Origin: Spirochaetia bacterium
GTDB lineage: Bacteria; Spirochaetota; Spirochaetia; SZUA-6; Bin103
Length of the DNA: 64,000 nt
Direction of reading: 5' to 3'
NCBI GenBank assembly: GCA_965198005.1
Contig: CBDAOI010000003.1
Location: 864,001 to 928,000 of the forward strand
The position numbers and the translations under genes were made by a program. Shown in pieces: positions 10,550 through 20,022 of this stretch (position 1 is its first letter; the number at the start of each line of letters is the position of its first letter). The notes below the pieces were generated by a model. The model worked only from the letters and a program-made list of their open reading frames with translations, was not told the origin of the DNA and did no database searches.

Positions 10550-11334
10550 TGCGCGCCGCCCAGCGCCCCCTGGCCCAGCCCACGGCGGCGCTGCTTCCCA
10601 CCGTGCTCAGTCTGCTGGTGGTCGGGGTCGTCTGGGAGGCCTGGATCGCAATCGCGGGCACGCCGGTCTACATGCTGCCTGCCCCTTCGGCGGTGGCGGT
10701 CCGCGTGAGCGCGGAGCCCGGCTACTTTCTGGGGCAGGGCGCGATCACGCTGGCGGAGGCGCTCGGCGGCTTCCTGCTCGGGACCGGCGTGGCGCTGGCC
10801 GCGGCCACGCTGATGGCGCACTCGCGCGCCCTGGAACGCGCTCTGTTGCCGCTGGCCGTGCTGGTCAAGGTGACGCCGATCGTGGCGGTGGCGCCGCTGC
10901 TGGTGATCTGGTTCGGGTTCGGTGTCGTGCCCAAGGTGCTGATCGCGTCGTTGATCACCTTCTTTCCCGCGCTGGTGAACGGGGTGACCGGACTGCGCGC
11001 GGTCAATCCCGGTGCGCTGGACTTTCTGCGCTCGGTGTCGGCGTCGCGGCGCGAGGTGTTCCTGACCCTGCGCGTGCCGAGCGCCTTGCCCTACCTGTTC
11101 GCGGCGTTCCGGGTGTCGATCCCGCTGTCGGTGATCGGCGCGGTGGTGGGCGAGTGGTTCAGCGCCGACCGCGGCCTGGGGGCGGTGATCATCGTCGCCC
11201 ATGCGAATCTCGACACCCCGACCCTGTTCGGGGCGATCTTTACTCTGGCGGTCATGGGCATCGGCCTGAGCCTGGCCGTCGCGGCATTGGAACGGAGGAT
11301 ACTGTTTTGGCACGAATCGACACTCATCGTGTGA
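10549..11334 (+). CDS. ABC importer permease (TauC/RibX-like)
   Basis: 'LPAPS', 'TPIVAVAPLLVIWFGFG', 'FFP', 'PSALPYLF', 'GAVVGEW'. Confidence 0.9.
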   Translation: MRAAQRPLAQPTAALLPTVLSLLVVGVVWEAWIAIAGTPVYMLPAPSAVAVRVSAEPGYFLGQGAITLAEALGGFLLGTGVALAAATLMAHSRALERALLPLAVLVKVTPIVAVAPLLVIWFGFGVVPKVLIASLITFFPALVNGVTGLRAVNPGALDFLRSVSASRREVFLTLRVPSALPYLFAAFRVSIPLSVIGAVVGEWFSADRGLGAVIIVAHANLDTPTLFGAIFTLAVMGIGLSLAVAALERRILFWHESTLIV

Positions 11335-12419
11335 CGGCCGGTGCGACACTCGGTGCGCCCCGGTTGCCGTTGCTGCGCGCCCGGCGCGCGTGGCTGGCGC
11401 TGGTGCTGGCGGCGGTGGCCGCGAGCCCGGCGCCGGCGACCGGCAAGCTGGAGATCGAGCAGGCGGCGGACCAGCCCGCGGCGGCGCAACCACCGCGCAG
11501 CATGATCTTCATGGCGGGCTTCAAGCCGCAGGCGAACCTGCCGTTCGTGGCGGCTTACGTGGCGCGGGAGAAGGGATACTTCGCCGCGCAGGGGCTCGAC
11601 GTCACCATCCACCACTCCACCGGCCAGCACCTGCAGCTCCTCCTCTCCGGCGAGGTCGACGTCACCACCGCCGCCGCCGGGTCGGTGCTCAAGCGGCGGG
11701 CGAATCCCGGCGTCCCGATCCGGGCGATCGCGCTGTTCGGGCAGCGCGGCCAGCAGACCTTCATCGCGCTCGCGGACTCGGGCATCACCAGCCCGCGCGA
11801 CTGGGAGGGCAGGACCTTCGGCTACCGCATCAGCCTGCCGCCCGAGTACCTGGCGCTGCTGGACGCCGCCGGCGTGGACCGCGCGCAGGTGCGGGAGGCA
11901 CGGGTGGGCTTCGATCCGCGCCTCCTGGTCGAGGGCCGGGTGGACGTGCTGGCGGTGTTCAAGTCGAACGAGCCCGACACCATCCGCAAGCTCGGCTTCG
12001 AGGTGGTGCAGTTCGATCCCGCCGACTTCGGCATCCCGGCGCTGGGACTCACCTACGTCACGCGCGAAGATCTGATCGCGGAGGAGCCGGACCTGATCGC
12101 GCGCTTCCTCAAGGCCACGCTCAAGGGGCTGGAGTTCTCGTTCGCGCATCCGGAGGAGACGCTGGACATCGTGCTGCGCTACGCCGAGAACGAGGACCGC
12201 GACCACATGCGGTTCATGCTGGAGGCGGAGCAGGCCGACGCCGTCTCTGCGGTCACGCGCGATCACGGGCTGGGCTGGATGACGCGCCGCCAGTGGCAGG
12301 AGTTCCACGACCTGCTGCTGCGGTACCAGGCGCTGGACCGGGAGCTGGACGTGGAGCAGGTGTTCACCGCGCGATTCCTGGAGGCGGCGTACCAGGACGG
12401 CCGCCTGGTCTGGCCATGA
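11331..12419 (+). CDS. ABC substrate-binding protein, NMT1/THI5-like (RibY/ThiY-related)
   Basis: Signal peptide, then 'YVAREKGYFAAQGLDV', 'ITSPRDWEGR', 'FLKATLKG'. GTG start overlaps the permease stop. Confidence 0.85.
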   Translation: MTAGATLGAPRLPLLRARRAWLALVLAAVAASPAPATGKLEIEQAADQPAAAQPPRSMIFMAGFKPQANLPFVAAYVAREKGYFAAQGLDVTIHHSTGQHLQLLLSGEVDVTTAAAGSVLKRRANPGVPIRAIALFGQRGQQTFIALADSGITSPRDWEGRTFGYRISLPPEYLALLDAAGVDRAQVREARVGFDPRLLVEGRVDVLAVFKSNEPDTIRKLGFEVVQFDPADFGIPALGLTYVTREDLIAEEPDLIARFLKATLKGLEFSFAHPEETLDIVLRYAENEDRDHMRFMLEAEQADAVSAVTRDHGLGWMTRRQWQEFHDLLLRYQALDRELDVEQVFTARFLEAAYQDGRLVWP

Positions 12420-12427
12420 CCCAGCCC

Positions 12428-12795
12428 GCTGTGGACCGGCCGGGCCGTGACCTTCGACGGCAGCTGGCACCGGGTGCCCGACGCCGGCCTCAACCCGCTG
12501 CCGGTGCAGCGCCCGATCTCGCTCTGGTTCGGCGGCGGGGAGGAGCGCGTGCTGCGCCGCATCGCGCGCTTGGCCGACGGCTGGATGCCGCAGTTTCAGC
12601 CGGACGAGGCCGGCCGCTCGCTCCTGGCCCGCATGCACGGCTACGCCCGCGAGCACGGCCGCGACCCGGCCGCGATCGGCCTCAACGGCCGAATCGTCTC
12701 GGCCTGCGCGGCGTCGAACAGCACGTCGCACTGCTGGAACGATTTCATGTCGCAACGAACCGCGCAGCACCGCGCACGGGGTCACCGTAGTCGAC
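12428..12795 (+). pseudogene. Internally deleted copy of the LLM-class F420-dependent oxidoreductase
   Basis: Near-identical to 18608-19066 but missing the 5' half and a segment near the 3' end. Confidence 0.9.
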
Positions 12796-13004
12796 ACCAC
12801 GGTTCGCCTGACGGGCCTCGTCCCGCCAACCGATGGCTCGGACATTGCTACCCGACCCCGGCCGTGCCGGTGACGCAGCATGTTCGACCGGCGGCCACGT
12901 GGCCATGGCCGGCGCCGGCGTGGTTCGGATCGTGACCGCCACTCACTGGGCCTGCTTCTCCCGTGCCTTGGCCGCTGCCCATATCTGTTTCCAGTCCTCC
13001 ACGG

Positions 13005-13688
13005 TCACCTCGGTACCGTGGCCGGCAGCGCCGGCAGGGCGCGCCGCATCCCGGCCCAGGTGGCGGCCTGGCTCTGTGCCAGTTCGGCGGCGAGCGCCTC
13101 GTCCACGCCCAGCCGGCTGGCGGCGGCGAGCTGGGCGAACTGCAGCGCCGAGGTGCCCTTGGTGACCGCCGCGTAGCACATCTTGAGCGCCGACGCGCGC
13201 CCGATCGCGCCGCCCAGGTCGCGCACCACGAGGCCGCCTCCCTCCAGCGGCGCCAGCAGGTGAGCGTCCGAGCCGGAGGTGTAGAACCGCGGTCCGCTGC
13301 CGTTGGCCGGCGGCCCGCCGATGATGCCGGCGTCGACGTAGGCGGCGCGGGTAGCTCCGATCAGCGCCGTGATGCGCTCCGTGGTAGCGGGCGCGATGGC
13401 GTTGCAGTCGGCATAGGGCGGGGTGGCGCCGGTCGCCGTCATCGCCTGCGCCACCCCGCTCGCTGCCGCCACCACCGCCGCCGGCGGCATGATCGACAGC
13501 ACCAGGTCGGCCTGGGCCAGCAGCGCGCCGACGCTGCCCAGGTCGCGGATACCCGCCCCGGCGGCCAGCCCGCCGGTGCGCGGCGACCGGCCGGCGAGCG
13601 AGGTAACCACGTCGAAGCCGCGGCTGCCGAGCAGCCGTCCGACCGCGTGCCCCATGTTGCCGGGGCTGATGATCGCGATTGTCTTCAA
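13005..13688 (-). pseudogene. NAD(P)-dependent oxidoreductase (6PGD/3-hydroxyisobutyrate DH-like, DUF1932), C-terminally truncated
   Basis: AGGAGG RBS and TTG start; 'IISPGNMG', 'DCNAIAP', 'DAGIIGGPP', 'ASALKMCYAAVTKG'; ends early. Confidence 0.75.
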
Positions 13689-13803
13689 GACGAGCCTCCT
13701 GTGTAATCGACCCGATTCAATGCTCGCCGTTCCCAGATCGTACGCAGCACCGGTGGGTCGCGTCATGCGTCGCGGACGCGACCGGATCCGCCGTCAATCG
13801 TCG

Positions 13804-14200
13804 TCACCCGGCTGGCCGAGTCGGCGCTGTACGACGCCGCGGTGCGCCTTGCCCTGCAGGCGTTGTTTGCGGGAGGCGCGGGATGGGGCGGGTCGCTTGC
13901 CGGGGCCGGGGTTCGGCGAGCGCCTGCGCAATGAGCGCCGACAGCCACGCGCGCGCGTCGTGGCGGTTCGCCTCTTGGGCGCGAAACCGGCGCCCGGTGA
14001 TCACCGGCGTCGCGTGCGTGGTGACACGCGTGTCGGCGATGCGCACCAAGCGCCGCCGCACCTCCGGCGCCAGCGACGGGAAGCGGGCGGCGTCGAAGCG
14101 GAGCTGCACTGGGGTGGCCACTTCGTTCACGTTCTGATCGCCCGGGCCGCTGCTCTGCACGAACCGTTCGGCGAGTTCCTCCTCCGGTATGGCAATCCAC
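13804..14200 (-). pseudogene. arfB: Degenerate alternative ribosome-rescue peptidyl-tRNA hydrolase ArfB
   Basis: 'IPEEELAERFVQSSGPGDQNVNEVAT.VQLRF', 'R.QEANR.DA', 'RPRQATRP'. GGQ reads GDQ and the basic tail is lost. Confidence 0.8.
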
Positions 14201-14289
14201 GCCGCGATCTGCACGACGCACGCTACGACGAAGCACGTCGGTGCGCACCGTAGCCGGTCCACCCACACGAAGCACCGTAGGCCTCATTC

Positions 14290-14604
14290 TCAATCATGGA
14301 TAGATGCGCGGTGGGGTTGGTAGGCCAGTCCAAGCTCCCGGTAGAGTTGCTGTCTCAAGCCCGGTTTCACCCGATGCGTATTGAGGTACATCTGTGTCTC
14401 GAACGAGACTATCCGCCGGCGGCGCTTCCGCCAATTCTTGGAGCTGACCTCCCGCACCTCAACCGGCGTCCGCACGAAGCGCTGCACCGCCGCCTCGAAT
14501 GTCAGATCGCCCGTATCAACCTCGACCGGCTTCTCCTTCTCATCGTTCGTCGGCTCATAGTCGTGTGCCGGCACCTCGATCACACGTTTCTTGCGTCGCC
14601 TCAT
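14290..14604 (-). CDS. Small hypothetical protein
   Basis: GGAGG RBS before the ATG; 104-aa ORF with no confident family. Confidence 0.45.
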   Translation of the reverse strand: MRRRKKRVIEVPAHDYEPTNDEKEKPVEVDTGDLTFEAAVQRFVRTPVEVREVSSKNWRKRRRRIVSFETQMYLNTHRVKPGLRQQLYRELGLAYQPHRASIHD

Positions 14605-14864
14605 GGCTTCGTCCTCCGCGGTGTATGGGTTGACCTCCCACCCCGTGTCCGTACAATGATGCCCAAACGAAATTCGACCATCGCGTCTCGGTTCATGCCG
14701 GGTCGCTGGTCGAACACAACAGCCGCGTGAGGGCGGAGGCTAGCTATAGCTACCTCGGCCCGCGGTGAATAGGTCAGACCCAAGATCACCTCTGTGCTGA
14801 GCACGCGGTGGTCCAATCTCAACACGGCCCGGCACCTTTGCGTCCGGGCCACGGGAGGAATCGC

Positions 14865-15371
14865 ATGATTCACACTGCGCTTAGGACCATCCTCGGAGGA
14901 GCGGTCATCGTTCTGGCAGTCGTTTCTACCCAGCCAGCGTTCTCCCAGGAGGCTGACCGCAATTCGGGAGACGACAGAGCATTCCTGCAATACGAGATGC
15001 AGAAAGTAGATCCGTGGGGACCCTTCGCTCTGAATCTGTTGCTGGGTCTCGGTATAGGATCCTTCGTGCAGGGAGACACCACCGGTGGCCTGCTCGTCGC
15101 CGGTGGGGAGGTGGTTGGCGCAGGTCTGCTGATCGCCTGGTTGAGCAATCCGGAATCTGGGAACGCTCTGCTAATTGGTGGTGTGGTATTGCTTTCCGCT
15201 GCACGTATCGCAGGGCTCGTCATTCCCTTCACCTACGCTAACGGGTTCAACGAGAAACTGCGAAAGGACCTAGGGATTGCGATTTCAGACGTCTCGCTGA
15301 TCGTGCCAGGAGTCAACGGCGAGGCTGACGACGGGTACGGCGTGAACGTCACCTTTACCAGAGAGTCCTGA
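14865..15371 (+). CDS. Borrelia P13-like outer-membrane protein/porin
   Basis: Signal peptide, then 'YEMQKVDPWGPFALNLLLGLGIGSFVQGD..GG', matching the P13 core motif; GGGAGG RBS. Confidence 0.8.
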   Translation: MIHTALRTILGGAVIVLAVVSTQPAFSQEADRNSGDDRAFLQYEMQKVDPWGPFALNLLLGLGIGSFVQGDTTGGLLVAGGEVVGAGLLIAWLSNPESGNALLIGGVVLLSAARIAGLVIPFTYANGFNEKLRKDLGIAISDVSLIVPGVNGEADDGYGVNVTFTRES

Positions 15372-15394
15372 TTTTGGCCAAGCGGGCGAGAATG

Positions 15395-15826
15395 TCATAG
15401 AATGAAACGGCCCCCTGTGTGGGGTGGGGGCCGAATACATAGCCGCCTTGACGGCGGGGGTCGGAGAACTGACGTCTCCGGGGCTCTTGAGATTGCCAGT
15501 CCGAAAGCATCAAGAGCATAGTGCGCCTCCCGTGCGCCGGAGTTGGGAAGTCGGACAGGCCCATAGTACCCGGGAAACCCGCGAACAAGGACGGGAGCCG
15601 CCGCAGGCGGCGCGGCTATGGTGAACCCTACACGGGCACGCAGGCGGAAACGCCGGATACAGCCAGGGAGCACCTACGGTCACGCCGGGCGGCAGCAACC
15701 GGGCGCGGAGCGGGTGGAGGAAAGGGGCTTGGCCAAAGGGAATCCGCGCCAGCAAAACACGCCCCGGACACCGCGCCGGCAATACGGCGTGCACAGTGCG
15801 CTGGAGCGGATACGTCAAGCAGCGCG
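15395..15826 (+). mobile_element. Truncated group II intron (part of DI-DIV plus first codons of the RT/maturase)
   Basis: 'GAAGTCGGACAGGCCCATAGTACC...GCGAACAA...GCGGAGCGGGTGGAGGAAAGGGG...GCCAAAGGGAA' DII/DIII signature, followed by the RT start 'VHSALERIRQAARR'. No DV/DVI. Confidence 0.75.
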
Positions 15827-16089
15827 ACGTCGACGACCGCCTGCTGGAGTACCGCTTCGGCAGCATCCAGTTCGACCTCACCATGGAGCAGCTTCGCGAG
15901 CGCCGCGACGACCTGCTGGCGTGGCACCCGGATCGCAAGCTGGCGGCCGATGGCGAGACGGTGCGCGAGTTCGCGACACGCGTCATGGCCGTGACCGACG
16001 AGATCGTGGAGCGATTCGACATCGCCACCGCGTTGGACGGCACATTCGACTACGTCCAGCTGTTTACCGATTCGCTGGCCGAGTTGGAG

Positions 16090-16428
16090 TCAGTCCTCGA
16101 TGGCCAGCGCTACTCTGAGGCTCCGGTTCAGGTCCTCCATCTTCACGCTCGACAGCGTGCCCAAGTAGTCAGTGAGAGCGGCCTTGGGCAGGCTCACCAG
16201 CTCGTCGCAGTGCACCGCACTATCGTGTTTCAGCCCCTCGTGTACCCCGACGGGAACCTGGGTCTCTATTCCGGCCCGGGTCGTGAATATCGGAGCGCAC
16301 ACCACGGTCGCGAACCTCGACTCGATCAGGATCTGGCGACTGACTACCACGAACGCCCGCCGTCGCCTGGGGTCGCGGCGCGCTCGGCGCGTCGCGTGCT
16401 TGACCAGATAGATTTCTCCACGCTTCAT
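16090..16428 (-). CDS. mazF: Type II TA toxin, PemK/MazF family
   Basis: 'MKRGEIYLV', 'RAFVVVS', 'VVCAPI', '[13 protein letters not shown]'. Confidence 0.88.
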   Translation of the reverse strand: MKRGEIYLVKHATRRARRDPRRRRAFVVVSRQILIESRFATVVCAPIFTTRAGIETQVPVGVHEGLKHDSAVHCDELVSLPKAALTDYLGTLSSVKMEDLNRSLRVALAIED

Positions 16429-16652
16429 GCGTCGTCCTGATACTCCAGCACCTCACGCGCCTCTCTGTTCAATTCGTCCACGTGGGCGTCGATCGCGGCA
16501 AGCTCCTTCCGGTCGCGTTCGGCACGCCGGAGCGCCCGCAGGTAGCTCCACGAAGCCTCCTCGATGAACGCCGATCGATTCCTCAACTCGACCTCCTCGG
16601 AGAGAGCCCGCATGAGCTCTTCGGAGAGTGTTACAGATGTCTTGACTTTCAT
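16425..16652 (-). CDS. Cognate antitoxin (RHH-type)
   Basis: '[13 protein letters not shown]...NRSAFIE'; 4-bp overlap with the toxin gene. Confidence 0.8.
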   Translation of the reverse strand: MKVKTSVTLSEELMRALSEEVELRNRSAFIEEASWSYLRALRRAERDRKELAAIDAHVDELNREAREVLEYQDDA

Positions 16653-16720
16653 GCCTCCATAGATACCACTTTGGCGTGGATATGTCAGCAGCGTGCCGTG
16701 GTCCATCTACGGCGGCGCGT

Positions 16721-16746
16721 TGGCGGAAAGCTGGGAAACGCCCGAC
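16721..16746 (+). pseudogene. ~26-bp shard of the Dpp-type SBP gene (AESWETPD block)
   Basis: TGGCGGAAAGCTGGGAAACGCCCGAC is identical to 23200-23225 and 31456-31481. Confidence 0.7.
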
Positions 16747-16842
16747 CCCGAGGGGCGCCGCAAGCACGGTCTGAGAAGTTTCTTCCGCGGACTCAGAACA
16801 TGTGGTTGACACCATATGATTTCTATAGCATGTTGTGTGCGT

Positions 16843-17214
16843 ATGGCGTGGGTCGTTGGGATTGGCGACGAGTTTGAGCCAGAGTTCGACGATCTGCATG
16901 AGGACGTTCGTATGGAGATTCTCGCCTTGACGCGCCTTCTGCAGCAGTTCGGGCCACAATTGGGGCGTCCCCGCGTCGATACGCTGAACGGGTCGCGTCA
17001 CGCGAACATGAAAGAACTACGATTCAGTACGGCAGATGGCGAGTGGCGAGTAGCCTTCGCGTTCGATCCGAAGCGCAAGGCGATCCTACTCGTTGCCGGA
17101 GACAAGTCCGGCGGCAGTGAACGACGATTCTATCGCGGACTGATTCGGAAGGCCGATGACAGATTCGACGGGCATCTACGCCGTTTGGAACATGGGAGGG
17201 AATCATGGCTGTGA
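16843..17214 (+). CDS. Type II TA toxin, RelE/HigB (Gp49-like) family
   Basis: 'GPQLGRPRVDTLNGSRHANMKELR', 'WRVAFAFDPKRKAILLVAGDK'. Confidence 0.88.
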   Translation: MAWVVGIGDEFEPEFDDLHEDVRMEILALTRLLQQFGPQLGRPRVDTLNGSRHANMKELRFSTADGEWRVAFAFDPKRKAILLVAGDKSGGSERRFYRGLIRKADDRFDGHLRRLEHGRESWL

Positions 17215-17528
17215 GTGTTGACGACAAGATCGAGAAACTGAGCCATGCTCAGCGTAAGAGAGTCGAGGCACGTGCCGCTGACCTCATTGCCGAAGAGATG
17301 ACGCTGCGCGAACTAAGGCATGCACGCAAGCTCACGCAGGTAAGCATCGCCAAGAAACTTGGGATTACCCAGGACAGCGTCTCACGGCTTGAGAAGCGTA
17401 GCGACCTCTTGCTATCTACCCTCCGCAAGACGGTGGAGGCGATGGGCGGAGACCTGTCCCTGGTTGCCAAATTTCCGGATCGTGCACCCGTGGTGCTCTC
17501 GGGCATCGCCGAGGTTGAACCGGAATGA
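17205..17528 (+). CDS. XRE-family HTH antitoxin (HigA-like)
   Basis: 'LRELR...LTQ..IAKKLGITQDSVSRLEKRSDLLLSTL...EAMGG'; downstream of the toxin. Confidence 0.88.
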   Translation: MAVSVDDKIEKLSHAQRKRVEARAADLIAEEMTLRELRHARKLTQVSIAKKLGITQDSVSRLEKRSDLLLSTLRKTVEAMGGDLSLVAKFPDRAPVVLSGIAEVEPE

Positions 17529-17689
17529 TTGCACGTCGAGTTGCTCGACAGCAGCACGGGGTGGTCAGTTCAACAGGCAAGGCGCAGGAGCCCGAAGAGC
17601 CCGAAGCTCCGAAGGACCCATCAACGGGTGAGGGGCGGAGCTGCGGTCAGGTGCGCGCTCGGCGGGTCGCGGCCGTGGGCGAGACGGCA

Positions 17690-17920
17690 GCCACCCCCGC
17701 TTGGCTGATCGTCCAGCACTCGCCGGACCTCGATTTCCAGAAGCGATGTCTGACTCTCATGCGCCACGCGGCCACCCAAGGCCAGGCAGCCATGCGAAAT
17801 GTCGCCTATCTGGAGGACCGGGTACTCGTTCGCGAGGGGAAGCCGCAGACATACGGCACCCAGGTACAACCCGGTCGAGCCGAGCCGTTCCTTATTCGCG
17901 ACCAGGATCGGGTCGAGCAG
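17690..17920 (+). pseudogene. DUF6624-like protein fragment
   Basis: 'AWLIVQHS.DLDFQ', 'AYLEDRV...GKPQTYGTQ'; lacks its N-terminus and is fused to the SBP tail. Confidence 0.6.
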
Positions 17921-18144
17921 GAGGACCGCGACCACATGCGGTTCATGCTGGAGGCGGAGCAGGCCGACGCCGTCTCTGCGGTCACGCGCGATCACGGGCT
18001 GGGCTGGATGACGCGCCGCCAGTGGTGGGAGTTGACCTGCTGCCGCGGTACCAGGCGCTGGACCGGGAGCTGGACGTGGAGCAGGTGTTCACCGCGCGAT
18101 TCCTGGAGGCGGCGTACCAGGACGGCCGGCTGGTCTGGCCATGA
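17921..18144 (+). pseudogene. Duplicated 3' end of the NMT1-like SBP gene
   Basis: Near-identical to 12192-12419 with small indels. Confidence 0.9.
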
Positions 18145-18164
18145 CCCGGCCCGTAAGGTAGGTT

Positions 18165-19073
18165 ATGAGAATGAAACTGGGCGTGGTTTTCCCGCAGATC
18201 GAGATCGGCGCGGACCCGGGGGCGGTGCGCGCGTACGGGCAGGCGGTGGAGCAGCTCGGCTACCACCACATCCTGGCCTACGAGCACGTGGTCGGCGCCA
18301 ACACCGCCAGCCGGCCCGAGTGGCGCGGGCCGTATGACCTCGACTCGCTGTTCCACGAACCGTTCGTGCTGTTCGGCTACCTGGCGGGGTTGACCGAGCG
18401 GATCGAGTTCGCCACCGGCATCGTGATCCTGCCGCAGCGCCAGACCGTGCTGGTGGCGAAGCAGGCCGCCGCGCTCGACGTGCTGAGCGGCGGCCGGCTG
18501 CGGCTCGGGATCGGCATCGGCTGGAACCGGGTCGAGTACGAGGCGCTCGGCACCGATTTCCACAACCGCGGCCGCCGCTGCGAGGAACAGGTCGCGCTGC
18601 TGCGCGCGCTGTGGACCGACCGGGCGGTGACCTTCGACGGCGCTTGGCACCGGGTGACCGACGCCGGCCTCAACCCGCTGCCGGTGCAGCGCCCGATCCC
18701 GCTCTGGTTCGGCGGCGGGGAGGAGCGCGTGCTGCGCCGCATCGCGCGCTTGGCCGACGGCTGGATGCCGCAGTTCCAGCCGGACGAGGCCGGCCGCGCG
18801 CTCCTTGCGCGCATGCACGGCTACGCCCGAGAGCACGGCCGCGACCCCGCCGCGATCGGACTCAACGGCCGGATGGTGGCCGACCCCGCCGCGGCCCACA
18901 CCTGGACCGGCCGCATCCGCGCCTGGCGGGAGATCGGGGCCACCCACCTCAGCATCGACACGATGCGCCTCGGCCTGCGCGGCGTCGAACAGCACGTCGC
19001 ACTGCTGGAACGATTTCATGTCGCAACGAACCGCGCAGCACCGCGCACGGGGTCACCGTCGTCGACTCCATGA
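18165..19073 (+). CDS. LLM-class F420-dependent oxidoreductase
   Basis: 'GVVFPQIEIG', 'YEHVVG', 'HEPFVLFGYLA', 'ILPQRQTVLVAKQAA..DVLSGGRLRLGIGIGWN', 'ADGW'. Confidence 0.9.
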   Translation: MRMKLGVVFPQIEIGADPGAVRAYGQAVEQLGYHHILAYEHVVGANTASRPEWRGPYDLDSLFHEPFVLFGYLAGLTERIEFATGIVILPQRQTVLVAKQAAALDVLSGGRLRLGIGIGWNRVEYEALGTDFHNRGRRCEEQVALLRALWTDRAVTFDGAWHRVTDAGLNPLPVQRPIPLWFGGGEERVLRRIARLADGWMPQFQPDEAGRALLARMHGYAREHGRDPAAIGLNGRMVADPAAAHTWTGRIRAWREIGATHLSIDTMRLGLRGVEQHVALLERFHVATNRAAPRTGSPSSTP

Positions 19074-19109
19074 CTACGCGGACTACGCCGGGTCGCTCCG
19101 ATGAACTTC

Positions 19110-19636
19110 GTGATCTCCGGGACTTCTTCGATGAACGCCACGTCCTGGAATTCGTCGAGCACGATGAGCGAGTCGACTGCCGCGGTGATCCCGGCGATGT
19201 GTTCCCAGAGCGTCTGCAGACTGCGGTCAGGTTCCGAATCGTGCGCCTGCAGCGACAGGCTCGGACTCCCGGTCTGCGGGTCGAGCGCGATCGCGGGCCG
19301 CAGCGCTCCCAGGAACCGCCCGGCGTTCTCCAGAAGACTCTTCACCGGGACGGACGCGGCGAAGGAACGTTGCAGGCCGGTCGCTATCCGCCGGCTCAGC
19401 GATTGCAGGGAACGGACTCCGAGCAGGTCCGCAAACAGCACGAAGTGACGTTTGCGGGTGCGCCGGAACTCCTTGATGGTGATATTCCGCACGACCGAGG
19501 TCTTGCCGTAGTTGCGCGGACCGTAGACCACCATGCGGGATCCACGCTGGACCGCGTCCCCCAGCACTCGCTGCTCCCGCTGCAGGTTGCAGAGGTTGTC
19601 CGGGTCGACGAGTCGGTCGAACACGAACTGCTTCAT
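19110..19636 (-). pseudogene. N-terminal fragment of an archaeal-type AAA ATPase
   Basis: Walker A 'YGPRNYGKTS', Walker B 'IVLDEFQ', then truncation. Confidence 0.7.
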
Positions 19637-19694
19637 GATGCGGATAGTATGATAGCGGTGGTAACATGAACAAGAGCCGTCGGCGCGGCTCCTG

Positions 19695-19900
19695 TCGACC
19701 GAGATCGCGACCCAGATGCGCGGTCGGGCGTTGTCCTGGGAGCTGTTTCCTTTCTCGTTCCGGGAGTTCCTGGATTATCGCGGGATCAGGAGCGAGGGCG
19801 TACGGTCGACCAAGGGGTGGCCGCGCGTGCGCCACGCCTTCGACGAGTACTGGGAGACGGGCGGATTCCCCGAAGTAGCCGGGCTCAGCCGCGCCTTGAG
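19695..19900 (+). pseudogene. Internal fragment of an AAA_14/DUF4143 ATP-binding protein
   Basis: 'ATQMRGR...LFPFSFREFL...YWETGGFPE'. Confidence 0.65.
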
Positions 19901-20022
19901 ATTTGAGACCTCTCAGTCATCGGAGCAATTATACTTCCACGCGATCTACCGCGCCACGTGCTGCCCAACATCGCGGCTGCAACGGTCCGTGCGGCCGGCG
20001 CTGGCTCTCCTGCGCATCGTCG

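Noticed and set aside
14370-14604. IS1595-type end with its small passenger ORF
   Set aside because: Vague resemblance only; no transposase or partner inverted repeat in the window.
15612-15690. c-di-GMP-I riboswitch
   Set aside because: Only the GNRA/receptor resemblance is present. The ligand-binding junction consensus is not evident, and the context is a group II intron.
15826-16089. Continuation of the intron RT
   Set aside because: The coding-like sequence is in another frame and lacks RT motifs; it is an unidentified gene fragment.
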